The notes beneath the pieces are model-generated. The model made no database searches and was not told the DNA's origin. It saw only the letters and a program-made list of their open reading frames with translations. A stretch of DNA of 64,000 bases. It comes from Hylemonella gracilis (lineage in GTDB: Bacteria > Pseudomonadota > Gammaproteobacteria > Burkholderiales > Burkholderiaceae_C). The stretch covers positions 3,160-67,159 of the forward strand of contig CAMAWQ010000001.1 in the NCBI GenBank assembly GCA_945862005.1, given 5' to 3'. Below, in pieces: positions 49,871-62,657 of this stretch; the first letter of the stretch is position 1; every line of letters starts with the position of its first letter. Made by a program: the position numbers and the translations under genes.

Positions 49871-52800
49871 AGCGGTTTATTGAATTTGCGCTCTACCAAC
49901 CGGTGTTGGTGGTACTGGCTACGGTTATGTTTGCTATGGCCGGTGTAGTGGCGTTTAAAAACCTGTCGGTCGAAGCTTTTCCGGACGTAACCGACACCCA
50001 AGTCACCGTGATTGCCTTGTACCCAGGCCGCGCAGCCGAAGAGGTGGAAAAACAAGTCACCCTGCCCCTAGAAACCGTGCTATCGGGTTTACCCAACGCC
50101 ATTCGCCTGTTTTCGCACACGCAATTTGGTCTGTCTTTTACCGTGGTGACCTACGACGACGCCATCAACGTGTTGCAAGCCCGCCAACAGGTGAACGAGC
50201 GGCTACAAAGCGTGGACCTGCCCCAAGGTGCGGAAGTGAATGTAGCCCCCAACGCCACACCCGTAGGTGAGGTGATTCGCTTTCGCCTCAAGGGCGAGGG
50301 CAAAACCACCACCGAGCTGCGCACCCTGCAAGACTGGGTGGTCGAGCGCAACCTGCGCCAAGTGCCAGGCGTGGCCGACGTCGTCTCCATGGGCGGCTTC
50401 ATCAAACAATACGAGGTACAGCCCGACCTCGAAAAACTGCGGGCCTACCGCCTCACCTACCAAGACCTGCTCAACGCACTGGGCAGAAGCAACCAAAACG
50501 CAGGGGGCAGTTATGTCACGCAAGGCGTGCAGCAATACGCTATTCGCGGTCTTGGCCTGTTGCGCGATGCGAACGACATTGGTTCTATCCTGATTGAAAC
50601 GCGCCAGAACACGCCGGTACTGATCAAGGACGTGGCCAAAGTGACCATCGGCGCAGTGCCGCGCTTGGGCACTGTAGGCCAAGACGACGACAACGACATT
50701 GTGACCGGCATGGTGGTCATGCGCAAAGGCGAAAACCCCAGCGTAGTGCTCAAAGGCGTCAAAGAAAAAATGGCGCTGCTCAATGACCGCATCTTGCCCC
50801 CCGGAGTGGAAATTGCCCCCTATTACGACCGCACCTGGCTCATGGGCAAAACACTCAAAACCGTGTTTTTCAATTTGATTGAAGGCGCTTTGCTGGTGGC
50901 CTTGGTGCTGTATGTGTTTTTGTCCAACCTGCGCGCCAGCTTGGCGGTGGTGGTCATCATTCCGCTGTCCTTGTTGGCCACATTTTTGGGCCTCAAAATC
51001 ATGGGCGTGCCTGCCAATTTGTTGTCCTTAGGGGCCATGGACTTCGGCATCATTGTGGATGGGGCGGTGATCGTGATTGAAAACATCATGCACCGCTTGA
51101 GCAAAGAGCGCGAGGACATGTCCGATGCCGAGCGGCGGCAAGTCATCATCGACGCCACCACCGAGGTGGGCCGCCCGACTTTGTTTTCTATGCTCATCAT
51201 CATTGCCGCGCACATTCCTATATTTGCGCTTCAGCGACACGAGGGGCGCATCTTCCAGCCCATGGCCTTGTCGGTCACCACCGCTTTGGTGGGTTCACTG
51301 TTGTTTTCGTTGGCACTGGTGCCGCTGCTGGCTTATTGGATGCTTAGAAAAAAGCTACCCAAAGGCGACAACCGGCTGCTTCAGTGGTGCAAACGCCTGT
51401 ACGAGCCAACGCTGAGCTGGTCGCTCAACAACCGCGGCAAGGTGATGCTGATGGCTGTAGGCATTTTTGTGGCCTCCATGGGCGTGGCCTCGCGTTTGGG
51501 TTCTGAGTTTTTGCCTGAGCTCAATGAAGGCACCATTTGGGTCAACCTGCGTCTTCCGGCCAGTATTTCGCTGGAAGAGGCCGCCGATGTGCTGCACAAA
51601 GCCCGAAAAGCCTTGCTCACGGTGCCCGAAGTGCGCACCGCCGTATCCAAAGCGGGCCAACCCGAAGACGGCACAGACCCCAAAACCATCAGCATGGCCG
51701 AGGTGTTTGTGGACATCAAACCACCAGAGGAGTGGCGAAAAGGGCGCACCAAAGAGCAGCTGATTGAAGACATGGAGCGGGCTGTGTTGGAGATACCTGG
51801 CTTGGTGCCAACGTTTTCTCAGCCCATTCGCGACAACGTGCTGGAGTCCATCTCACAAATTGATGGCCAGATAGTGATCAAGATTGCGGGCGACGACCTG
51901 TTGCTGCTGCGCAAAACCGCCATGAGCATTGAGCAAGAGATCAAGCAGGTCGAGGGCGTGTACCGCGCCGAAATTGACCGCTTGGGCGAGCTGCCGCAGC
52001 TGGTGATTGACATCGACCGCGAACGCGCAGCCCGTTTGGGGCTGAACGTGGCCGATATTCAAGACGTGATTGAAGCCGCCTTGGCAGGCAAAGCGGTGAC
52101 CAAAATTTGGGAGGGCGAACGCAAGTTTGCAGTGGCGGTGCGCCTGCCGCCCGACAAACGCACCCTGGCCATGCTGCCTGGCACGCTGGTTCCGCTGCCC
52201 AACGGCGGCTACACCACCTTAGGGGCCGTGGCCAACATCCAAGAAACCACAGGGGCCATGAACATTGCGCGCGAATCGGGCCGCCGCACCATGGCCATTG
52301 GCATTTTTATCAAGGGCCGCGACATGGGCTCCATCGTGAAAGACATGAAAGCCCGCGTGTCGCAAAACGTGCAAATACCGGAAAACTATGTGGTGAACTG
52401 GTCCGGCGAGTTTGAAAACCAAGAGCGTGCTATGGCGCGGCTGACCTTGGTGGTGCCGATTTCTTTGCTGCTGATCTTTGTGCTGCTGTTCAATGCCTTT
52501 GGCACCTTCAAGCAAGCGGCGCTCATCATCGTCAACGTGCCTTTGGCCTTGATTGGGGGCTTTGTAGCTTTGTGGGTGTTTTCAATTCCGCTGTCGGTGT
52601 CTGCCGCCATCGGGTTTATTGCTTTGTCCGGCCAGGCGGTGCTCAATGGCGTGGTGATGCTGTCTATCTTTCAGCAACTGCGCAATGCGGGCAACACCGT
52701 GTTGAACGCTGCCAAGCTAGGTTCTATACAACGACTGCGCACCGTGCTCATGACGGCCATGCTCGCCGCCTTGGGCTTGCTGCCCATGGCGCTCTCGCAC

Positions 52801-52938
52801 GACATTGGCTCTGAAACCCAGCGCCCTTTGGCCATCGTGGTTATCGGTGGGCTGGTCACCGCCACTTTACTCACCCTAATTGTGTTACCCGTACTGTACG
52901 TGGCATGGTTCAGCCCACGCGAGGAGAACGCCGCATGA
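49867..52938 (+). CDS. CusA/CzcA-family heavy-metal efflux RND transporter
   Basis: EAFPDVT, SLGAMDFGIIVDGAVIVIEN (HME-RND TM4 acidic motif), GSEFLPELNEG and GSETQRPLAIVVIGG. Confidence 0.93.
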   Translation: MKRFIEFALYQPVLVVLATVMFAMAGVVAFKNLSVEAFPDVTDTQVTVIALYPGRAAEEVEKQVTLPLETVLSGLPNAIRLFSHTQFGLSFTVVTYDDAINVLQARQQVNERLQSVDLPQGAEVNVAPNATPVGEVIRFRLKGEGKTTTELRTLQDWVVERNLRQVPGVADVVSMGGFIKQYEVQPDLEKLRAYRLTYQDLLNALGRSNQNAGGSYVTQGVQQYAIRGLGLLRDANDIGSILIETRQNTPVLIKDVAKVTIGAVPRLGTVGQDDDNDIVTGMVVMRKGENPSVVLKGVKEKMALLNDRILPPGVEIAPYYDRTWLMGKTLKTVFFNLIEGALLVALVLYVFLSNLRASLAVVVIIPLSLLATFLGLKIMGVPANLLSLGAMDFGIIVDGAVIVIENIMHRLSKEREDMSDAERRQVIIDATTEVGRPTLFSMLIIIAAHIPIFALQRHEGRIFQPMALSVTTALVGSLLFSLALVPLLAYWMLRKKLPKGDNRLLQWCKRLYEPTLSWSLNNRGKVMLMAVGIFVASMGVASRLGSEFLPELNEGTIWVNLRLPASISLEEAADVLHKARKALLTVPEVRTAVSKAGQPEDGTDPKTISMAEVFVDIKPPEEWRKGRTKEQLIEDMERAVLEIPGLVPTFSQPIRDNVLESISQIDGQIVIKIAGDDLLLLRKTAMSIEQEIKQVEGVYRAEIDRLGELPQLVIDIDRERAARLGLNVADIQDVIEAALAGKAVTKIWEGERKFAVAVRLPPDKRTLAMLPGTLVPLPNGGYTTLGAVANIQETTGAMNIARESGRRTMAIGIFIKGRDMGSIVKDMKARVSQNVQIPENYVVNWSGEFENQERAMARLTLVVPISLLLIFVLLFNAFGTFKQAALIIVNVPLALIGGFVALWVFSIPLSVSAAIGFIALSGQAVLNGVVMLSIFQQLRNAGNTVLNAAKLGSIQRLRTVLMTAMLAALGLLPMALSHDIGSETQRPLAIVVIGGLVTATLLTLIVLPVLYVAWFSPREENAA

Positions 52939-53846
52939 CCACCACCCCGCCAATGACCTTTCGTACCCTAGAGCGCCGCGTGCGCGGCCAAGCCACCACC
53001 GACGGGGCGGGGGTCAAGCTCACGCGGGTGCTGACGCAAGACTTGCAGCAGCGCTTGGACCCTTTTTTAATGCTGGACCACTTTGCCAGCGACGACCCCA
53101 ACGACTACATTGCCGGTTTTCCCAATCACCCCCACCGCGGCTTTGAGACTGTGACTTACATGGTGGCAGGCCGCATGCGCCACCGCGACAGCGCGGGTAA
53201 CGAGGGTTTGCTGCAAAACGGCGGCGTGCAGTGGATGACCACGGGACGCGGCTTGGTGCATAGCGAGCTGCCCGAGCAGGAGTCCGGCGTGATGGAGGGC
53301 TTTCAGTTGTGGCTCAATTTGCCCGGCCGCGACAAACTGTGTGCCCCGAGCTACCGCGACATTCAAAGTGCCGACATTCCCGAGGTGCGCAGCCCCAAGG
53401 GAGCGGTGGCTAGGGTGATTTCTGGTGAGCTCCGCGGCAAGCTCGACGGCATGGAGGCCCAGCAAACCGGAGCCGTAAACCGCAGTGGCGAGGCGTTTCC
53501 CACCCAGGCGCTCTACCTAGACCTGAACTTTGACACCACCGGTGGCGTGTTGGAGCTGCCCCTACCCGCCCAGCACCATGCCTTGGTGTATGTGTACCGC
53601 GGCAGCTTGCGATTGGGGGCCGACACCCTTGACGCACCGCTGATGGGCATCTTGGCTCAAGACGGGGCTGCTGTTCGCTTGGAGGGTTTGGCCTGTGGGG
53701 AAGGCTCCGCTGAGCCTTGCCGTGCATTGTTTATTGCAGGCCAGCCGCTGCAGGAGCCCATTGCACAGTACGGACCGTTTGTGATGAACACCCGCGCCGA
53801 GCTGATGCAGGCGGTGGAAGACTTTCAGAGCGGCCAGTTAGGCTAA
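52935..53846 (+). CDS. Pirin family protein
   Basis: DPFLMLD, HPHRGFETVTY, HSE and GPFVMNT. ATGA-coupled to the RND gene. Confidence 0.93.
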   Translation: MTTTPPMTFRTLERRVRGQATTDGAGVKLTRVLTQDLQQRLDPFLMLDHFASDDPNDYIAGFPNHPHRGFETVTYMVAGRMRHRDSAGNEGLLQNGGVQWMTTGRGLVHSELPEQESGVMEGFQLWLNLPGRDKLCAPSYRDIQSADIPEVRSPKGAVARVISGELRGKLDGMEAQQTGAVNRSGEAFPTQALYLDLNFDTTGGVLELPLPAQHHALVYVYRGSLRLGADTLDAPLMGILAQDGAAVRLEGLACGEGSAEPCRALFIAGQPLQEPIAQYGPFVMNTRAELMQAVEDFQSGQLG

Positions 53847-53849
53847 AGC

Positions 53850-54488
53850 TCAGCCAAAGGGCCGGATGCCAATCAGCCTGCCGTGCAGGTAAAAGGCAAA
53901 CAGCGCCCACAGCGCCACGCCCAACACCACCGTGAGCGCCGTCATGGCCATCACATGGGTTGAAGACTTGGCGCTCACCACGCCTTGAGAGGCTGAAGAT
54001 GTTGAAGCAAGCCGGTCGCGGCGGCGCGCGGCAGTGAAGCTGAGCACGCCCCACACCAAAAAGCCTCCAAAGAGCATCACATGGGCCAAGGTGCCGTTGG
54101 ACAATAGGTGGGCCAACGCCCACAGCTTCACGCCCGCGGCCATAGGGTGGCCTACACGTTGGCGTATAGCGTTGCCCGGCACGTAAGCGGCCACCAACAA
54201 CACAAAAGACAAGAGCGTCAGCAAAGAGGCCGCATGCCGCAACCCTGTGGGGGGCGACCACAACACCCAAGGCTGTTCGCGCACCCAAGCAAACGCCCAA
54301 ATGATGAGCACCAAACCCGCTAACGACGCCAGTGAATACAAGCCCTTAAACACGCGCTCACCCAGCTGCTCTAACCACTGAGCACGCCAAGGCTCAGCAA
54401 AAACGCGCAACGAGTGCACACCTAAAAACAACACCAAACCCAAAAACAGGTAAGCGTAGGGGGTGAGGTCTTGGGGCATAGTGGACAT
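53850..54488 (-). CDS. NnrU family membrane protein
   Basis: GLVLFLGVHS, FKGLYSL, HPMAAGVKLWALAHLLSNG and HGRLIG. Confidence 0.85.
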   Translation of the reverse strand: MSTMPQDLTPYAYLFLGLVLFLGVHSLRVFAEPWRAQWLEQLGERVFKGLYSLASLAGLVLIIWAFAWVREQPWVLWSPPTGLRHAASLLTLLSFVLLVAAYVPGNAIRQRVGHPMAAGVKLWALAHLLSNGTLAHVMLFGGFLVWGVLSFTAARRRDRLASTSSASQGVVSAKSSTHVMAMTALTVVLGVALWALFAFYLHGRLIGIRPFG

Positions 54489-54500
54489 GATGGGGGTTCC

Positions 54501-57050
<2,550 letters not shown>

Positions 57051-57088
57051 TTATGGGATCGCTGAACATCAAACTTCAACCTGCCGCT

Positions 57089-58195
57089 TTAGATGCGCAT
57101 GGGCATGACCACGTACTTGAAGTTGGCGTCGTCAGGAATAGTGATGAGTGCTGAGCTGTTGGAATCTGCCAACTCCACGCGCACCATCTCTTGATCCATG
57201 TTGGTCAATACATCAATGAGGTAGGTCACATTGAACCCTATTTCGATTGATTCATCGTTGTAATCGATGTCGAGCTCATCCACAGCTTCTTCTTGTTCGG
57301 CATTGGTAGAGGCAATTTTTAAGGTGCCGGGATCGATGTTCAAACGCACACCTTTGAACTTGTCGCTGGTCAAAATAGCAGTACGCTGCAAACTGGCCAA
57401 TAAAGGAAGACGTCCCAACAAAATACCGCGCTTGTGGTTCTTCGGAATGACACGGTTGTAGTCTGGAAACTTGCCTTCGACCAGCTTGGTCACAAATTCC
57501 ATACCGCCAAATAAAAACTTGGCTTGATTGTTGGCAAATTGCATGTGGATGGGTTCGTCTTTATCTACCAGCAGGCGTTGAATTTCCAAAACAGTTTTAC
57601 GAGGCAAGATAACTTCTTGCTTGGGCACTTCTTGTTCCAAATGGGCGCACGCATAGGCCAAACGGTGCCCGTCGGTGGCCACCAGGCTCAACAATTTGCC
57701 TTCCACCACAAACAAAATACCGTTCAGGTAGTAGCGAATATCATGCACCGCCATGGCAAAGGACACTTTGCCCAACACGTCTTTGAGTGTCTTTTGGGGA
57801 ATGCTGAACGAGGGACCGAAATTGGCAGACTCCTGCACCAGAGGAAAGTCTTCAGACGGCAAAGTTTGCAAAGTGAACTTGCTTTTGCCGCCTTTGAGAA
57901 TCATCTTGGATTGATTAGATTCCAAAGACACCGTCTGGTCTGAAGGCATGGTGCGCAAAATGTCAATCAGCTTGCGCGCGCCGATCGTGGTGCTGAAATT
58001 GCCTGCATCTCCATCAAATTCAGCTTGCGTACGGATTTGAATTTCCAAATCGCTACTGGTCCACTGCAGCTGTGAACCGGTTTTACGTATCAACACATTG
58101 GCCAAGATGGGCAGGGTATGACGCCTCTCCACAATGCCGGCAACGGATTGCAAAACAGCAAGCAGTTTTTCTTGGGTGGCTTTCAAGATGATCAT
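57089..58195 (-). CDS. dnaN: DNA polymerase III beta clamp
   Basis: RHTLPILAN, ATDGHRL, GKFPDY and VVMPMRI. Confidence 0.97.
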   Translation of the reverse strand: MIILKATQEKLLAVLQSVAGIVERRHTLPILANVLIRKTGSQLQWTSSDLEIQIRTQAEFDGDAGNFSTTIGARKLIDILRTMPSDQTVSLESNQSKMILKGGKSKFTLQTLPSEDFPLVQESANFGPSFSIPQKTLKDVLGKVSFAMAVHDIRYYLNGILFVVEGKLLSLVATDGHRLAYACAHLEQEVPKQEVILPRKTVLEIQRLLVDKDEPIHMQFANNQAKFLFGGMEFVTKLVEGKFPDYNRVIPKNHKRGILLGRLPLLASLQRTAILTSDKFKGVRLNIDPGTLKIASTNAEQEEAVDELDIDYNDESIEIGFNVTYLIDVLTNMDQEMVRVELADSNSSALITIPDDANFKYVVMPMRI

Positions 58196-58199
58196 CTGT

Positions 58200-58470
58200 G
58201 TCTCTTTCTAAGAAAGTCTTATTTAAAGATAGTAGTAGTAGCTAGAGGATGGGGGTGCGCTGTGGACAGCTGCTTTTTATTCAGTTCGATCAACAACTTA
58301 CAGCGGTTCAGAGCGTGTGGGTATCCCCGAAAACCATTTGCACGGAACATGAACAACTTGAAGATCGCACCCAAAATTGTGGATAACTTCTGAGTTGTTC
58401 CTTTTTTATCCCCAGGGTTACGTAGCGGGCAAACCGTACCGAATCTCAAGAAAGGTGTGGAATGATTCAT
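58200..58470. other. Replication origin oriC (dnaA-dnaN intergenic)
   Basis: DnaA boxes TGTGGATAA (58378), TTATCCCCA (58406), TGTGGACAG (58261) and TGTGGGTAT (58316). IHF-like GATCAACAACTTA (58288). DnaA-trio-like TAGTAGTAGTAG run (58230) beside an AT-rich stretch. Confidence 0.82.
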
Positions 58471-58474
58471 GAGA

Positions 58475-59935
58475 TCAGCCTTTCAGAGTTTGTTCTAAAA
58501 CGTGCAGTTGTTGATTCAACTCGGCCACTTGCTGACGTTCTGCAGAAATTTTTCTTACGGCATGCAAGACGGTGGTGTGGTCGCGGCCACCAAACAAATC
58601 CCCTATTTCAGGCAAACTTTTTTGGGTGAGTTCTTTGGCCAAGTACATGGCGATTTGACGGGGCCGTGCAATGCTGGCGGGGCGTTTTTTGGAATACATG
58701 TCCGCCACTTTGATCTTGTAATAGTCCGCCACTGTTTTTTGAATGTTATCTACCGAAATCAAGCGGTTTTGTATAGACAACAGGTCGCGTAGGGCATCGC
58801 GTGCGAGCTGAATGGATACTTCTTTTTGGTTAAAGCGCGAATACGCCAAAATTTTGCGTAAGGCACCTTCAAGCTCTCGCACGTTGGAACGCACGTTTTT
58901 GGCGACAAAAAAGGCAACCTCTTCGGGCATATCGGTGCCCTCGGCTAAGGACTTATTGATCAAAATAGCCACTCGCATTTCAAGCTCGGGTGGCTCAATG
59001 GCCACTGTAAGGCCCGAATCAAAGCGAGATACCAAACGTTCGTGAATGTCGGTCAAACCTTTGGGGTAGGTGTCACTGGTCATCACAATGTGTGATTTTT
59101 TGGCCAGCAGGGCCTCAAAGGCGTTAAAAAACTCCTCTTGGGTGCGGTCTTTATTCGCAAAAAACTGCACATCGTCAATCAGCAGCAAGTCTAAAGAGTG
59201 GTATTTATCTTTGAACTCGTCAAAAGTTTTGCGCTGATAAGACCTGACCACATCGGACACAAATTGTTCGGCATGAATGTACAAAGCCTTGGCTTGAGGT
59301 TGGTCTTGCAACAGCTGGTTGCCAATGGCGTGCATCAAATGGGTTTTACCCAGGCCCACTCCCCCATAAATAAACAAGGGGTTGTACAACTGTCCGGGTG
59401 AGGACGCCACATGCATGGCAGCAGCGCGGGCCATGCGGTTGGCGGTACCTTCGATGAGGCTTTGAAACGTCAAAGACGCGTTCAAGCGGTTTTTAGAGGC
59501 TTGCAGGCTTTTGTCATCAACCCGAAAAGGGGCCGCTTCTCCGCCCGCTTGGGCATTTGAAAGGGCACCGTGTGCATTTAACGCCACATGGGATGAAGGG
59601 TCAGAAGTCATCCCAGAAAACGCTGTTTGACCTTCGCGAGGCGTGAGCGTGAGGTCAATAGCAAGGGGCTGGCCGTACAGCTTTTCCACAAGCTGGCTGA
59701 TCCGCTGGACGTACTGAGCACGAACCCAATCCATTTTGAAGCGGTTGCCCACAAACACCACCAGCTTGGACGCGTCTTCTTTCAGCTCAACTGACAGGGG
59801 ACGGATCCACGTATTGAACTGTTGTTCAGGGAGCTCTTGCGCCAATTGTTCTAAGCAGCCTTGCCATAGCGCAAGCCCTGCATCTGGACCGGAAGGGTCA
59901 GGCAGAACTTCGGAAAGGGAATCCTTTATGGACAA
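58475..59935 (-). CDS. dnaA: Chromosomal replication initiator DnaA
   Basis: [35 protein letters not shown] and [14 protein letters not shown] start, with an in-frame stop just upstream. Confidence 0.97.
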   Translation of the reverse strand: MSIKDSLSEVLPDPSGPDAGLALWQGCLEQLAQELPEQQFNTWIRPLSVELKEDASKLVVFVGNRFKMDWVRAQYVQRISQLVEKLYGQPLAIDLTLTPREGQTAFSGMTSDPSSHVALNAHGALSNAQAGGEAAPFRVDDKSLQASKNRLNASLTFQSLIEGTANRMARAAAMHVASSPGQLYNPLFIYGGVGLGKTHLMHAIGNQLLQDQPQAKALYIHAEQFVSDVVRSYQRKTFDEFKDKYHSLDLLLIDDVQFFANKDRTQEEFFNAFEALLAKKSHIVMTSDTYPKGLTDIHERLVSRFDSGLTVAIEPPELEMRVAILINKSLAEGTDMPEEVAFFVAKNVRSNVRELEGALRKILAYSRFNQKEVSIQLARDALRDLLSIQNRLISVDNIQKTVADYYKIKVADMYSKKRPASIARPRQIAMYLAKELTQKSLPEIGDLFGGRDHTTVLHAVRKISAERQQVAELNQQLHVLEQTLKG

Positions 59936-59942
59936 GACAGGC

Positions 59943-60001
59943 TGTGGATAGTTGTAATGATGAGCGCTGCTACATTGTACTTAATCAAAAGCTTATCCAC
60001 A
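59943..60001. promoter_or_regulatory. DnaA boxes and IHF site upstream of dnaA
   Basis: TGTGGATAG (59943), AATCAAAAGCTTA matching WATCAANNNNTTR (59983) and TTATCCACA (59993). Confidence 0.75.
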
Positions 60002-60093
60002 GACACGGCTGCCGCTGAAACAAAAAAATTGCAAGATTTTCTTAAAGCATTGATAATTCTGGGTTTTTCCGAATATTTAGACAGGATTTCGTC

Positions 60094-60228
60094 ATGAAGC
60101 GCACCTACCAACCCTCCAAAATCCGCCGTGCCCGTACCCATGGTTTTTTGGTTCGCATGAAAACCCGCGGCGGCCGAGCCGTTATCAACGCTCGTCGCGC
60201 TAAAGGCCGTAAACGTTTAGCCGTTTAA
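60094..60228 (+). CDS. rpmH: 50S ribosomal protein L34 (not in the ORF track)
   Basis: [44 protein letters not shown]. Confidence 0.98.
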   Translation: MKRTYQPSKIRRARTHGFLVRMKTRGGRAVINARRAKGRKRLAV

Positions 60229-60238
60229 CGATGTTGAA

Positions 60239-60652
60239 TTGCCCGTGATAAAGCTCAAAACACGGGCCCAATTTCAAGAGGCGCTTCAACACAAACCCGT
60301 GGGCCACACCCCCCATTTTGGGATGCATGTGTTGACCAACTCAGAGCCAGGCTTCAGATTGGGCGCCATGGTGCCCAAACGCTGGGCCAAAAGAGCAGTT
60401 ACTCGCAATCTCATTAAGCGTCAGATTTACACCATTGGCCAATTCCAAAGCACGCCCCCAGCCCACCACACCTTTTTGGTGCGCTTAAGGCAACGCTTTG
60501 ATACGGAGCAGTTTCCAAGTGCAAGTTCACACGACTTGAAGCGGTTGGTCAATCTAGAGCTGCAGCAACTCTTTCAAAACTGGTGGGCGCAGCAAACGAG
60601 AAATGAAGCCCGCGAAACGCTTCGAGTAACTCAGGCGTCCCATGCGCCATGA
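60239..60652 (+). CDS. rnpA: Ribonuclease P protein component
   Basis: LKTRAQF and RNR-type motif GAMVPKRWAKRAVTRNLIKR. Located between rpmH and yidD. Confidence 0.88.
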   Translation: MPVIKLKTRAQFQEALQHKPVGHTPHFGMHVLTNSEPGFRLGAMVPKRWAKRAVTRNLIKRQIYTIGQFQSTPPAHHTFLVRLRQRFDTEQFPSASSHDLKRLVNLELQQLFQNWWAQQTRNEARETLRVTQASHAP

Positions 60653-60888
60653 AGTTTCTACTTTTGGTTCTCGTAAAAGGCTACCGCTTGTTGCTAAGCC
60701 CCTGGCTCGGATCGAGTTGCCGATTTGAACCCACGTGCTCTAAATACGCGCTAGAGGCGTTACAGTCGCTCGGTGCATGGCGCGGGAGTGTGCTTACCGC
60801 GAAGCGGCTTTTGAGGTGTCATCCATGGTGCGCGGGGGGTCATGACCCCGTGCCTACGGCGGCCCCCAACCCACAGCGCACACCTTAA
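60649..60888 (+). CDS. yidD: Membrane protein insertion efficiency factor YidD
   Basis: CRFEPTCSKYA and RCHPW...GHDPVP. Confidence 0.93.
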   Translation: MKFLLLVLVKGYRLLLSPWLGSSCRFEPTCSKYALEALQSLGAWRGSVLTAKRLLRCHPWCAGGHDPVPTAAPNPQRTP

Positions 60889-60920
60889 GCTCTTGTTTTT
60901 CCCTCTAAATTTATTTCTAT

Positions 60921-62657
60921 ATGAACGATATTCGCCGCACCATTTTGTGGGTTATTTTTGGTTTTTCTATGGTGTTGCTGTGGGATCAGTGGCAAATCCA
61001 TCAAGGCAATCCTGCCACCTTTTTCCCTCCTCAAAAATCGGCGACCACCACAGATACAGCCAACGCGTCTTCGTCCAACACTAACCCATCTAAAACGACG
61101 GGCGAGAGTGCTAATGATGCGTCTATTCCGATGGCGTCCGTTCCCGCGCAAGACGTGCCCTCTTCAGCCTCTGGTGGCGTTGATCAACTTCCCGGTCAAG
61201 GGATAGGTCAAGGCGTTTCCAGCGCCCAGCGCCAGCGTGTCGTGGTTCAGAACGACGTCTTGAAACTGACACTGGACACGGAGGGCGGCGTGGTGGTGAA
61301 GTCTGAGTTTCTAAAACACCACGATTTGAATCAAACGGATCAGCCTTTTGTGCTGATGGACCAAAGTCGTGAGCGGGTGTATGTGTCTCAGACCGGCTTG
61401 ATTCAAGTCGCAGGCGGCGCGGCCTTGCCCACCCACAAAACGCTTATGAGTACCAAGCCGGGCAATTGGACGCTTCAAGACGGCCAAGACGCCGTGTCCA
61501 TGACCTTGATCTCACCGGTGGTAGGCGGTGTACAACTCCTCAAAACTTATACGTTGCGCCGCGGCAGCTATGCCGTAGAGGTGCTGCACACCTTGGAAAA
61601 CAAAGGCGCCGCCAGTGTAGAGCCTCAACTGTATCTTCAGCTGGTTAGAGACGGCAACAAGCCCGCGGGTGAGTCGGACTTTTACTCCACCTTCACCGGC
61701 CCTGTGGTGTACACCGACGCCAAAAAGTATCAAAAGGCGGAGTTCAGCGACATCGAAAAGAACAAGCAAGAGATCGAAAAGGCCGCTAATAACGGCTACA
61801 TCGGTATGGTGCAGCACTATTTTGCGAGCGCTTGGCTCTTGGCCGATGGCGTCAAGCGTGAGTTGTTCATGCGCAAGGTAGACCAAAACCTCTACGCCGT
61901 GGGCATGATCACCCCCTTGGGTGTGTTGCCGGCGGGCGCCACCTCTAAGCTAGAGGCTAAGCTGTTTATTGGCCCACAAGAAGAAAAACTCTTAGAGTCC
62001 CTTTACCCCGGCCTGGAGCTGGTGAAAGACTACGGCTGGCTCACCATATTGGCCAAGCCTTTGTATTGGTTGTTGGATCAGCTTAACTTGTTGATTGACA
62101 ACTGGGGCTGGTCCATTGTGGGCCTGGTGGTGTTGCTGAAGTTGGCGTTTTATTGGTTGAACGCCAAAGCCTACGCCAGCATGGCGAAAATGAAAGCGAT
62201 CAACCCCAAAGTGATGGAAATGCGCGAGCGCCTCAAAGACAAGCCGCAACAAATGCAGCAAGAAATGATGCGCATCTACCGCGAAGAAAAAGTCAACCCT
62301 TTGGGTGGCTGTTTGCCTATTGCCATTCAAATTCCATTTTTTATTGCGCTCTACTGGGTGCTTCTCTCGAGCGTGGAAATGCGCAATGCGCCATGGATTT
62401 TGTGGATCACCGACCTTTCCACCAAAGACCCGTTCTATATCTTGCCTTTGTTGATGACCGCCACCACCGTGCTCCAAACCTGGCTCAACCCCACGCCACC
62501 TGACCCGATGCAAGCCAAGTTGATGTGGATCATGCCGCTGATGTTCAGTGTTATGTTCTTCTTCTTCCCCGCGGGCTTGGTGTTGTACTGGTTGACCAAC
62601 AATATTTTGTCTATCGCACAGCAATGGACCATCAACCGGCAGCTGGGGGTCAACTAA
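60921..62657 (+). CDS. yidC: Membrane protein insertase YidC
   Basis: [19 protein letters not shown] and [12 protein letters not shown]. Confidence 0.96.
   Translation: MNDIRRTILWVIFGFSMVLLWDQWQIHQGNPATFFPPQKSATTTDTANASSSNTNPSKTTGESANDASIPMASVPAQDVPSSASGGVDQLPGQGIGQGVSSAQRQRVVVQNDVLKLTLDTEGGVVVKSEFLKHHDLNQTDQPFVLMDQSRERVYVSQTGLIQVAGGAALPTHKTLMSTKPGNWTLQDGQDAVSMTLISPVVGGVQLLKTYTLRRGSYAVEVLHTLENKGAASVEPQLYLQLVRDGNKPAGESDFYSTFTGPVVYTDAKKYQKAEFSDIEKNKQEIEKAANNGYIGMVQHYFASAWLLADGVKRELFMRKVDQNLYAVGMITPLGVLPAGATSKLEAKLFIGPQEEKLLESLYPGLELVKDYGWLTILAKPLYWLLDQLNLLIDNWGWSIVGLVVLLKLAFYWLNAKAYASMAKMKAINPKVMEMRERLKDKPQQMQQEMMRIYREEKVNPLGGCLPIAIQIPFFIALYWVLLSSVEMRNAPWILWITDLSTKDPFYILPLLMTATTVLQTWLNPTPPDPMQAKLMWIMPLMFSVMFFFFPAGLVLYWLTNNILSIAQQWTINRQLGVN

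Noticed and set aside
41359-53846. Mobile element or genomic island call for the metal module
   Set aside because: No integrase, transposase, tRNA target or flanking direct repeats seen, and codon usage is mostly host-like.
58219-58470. 83-aa ORF between dnaA and dnaN
   Set aside because: It coincides with the DnaA-box cluster and is better explained as oriC.
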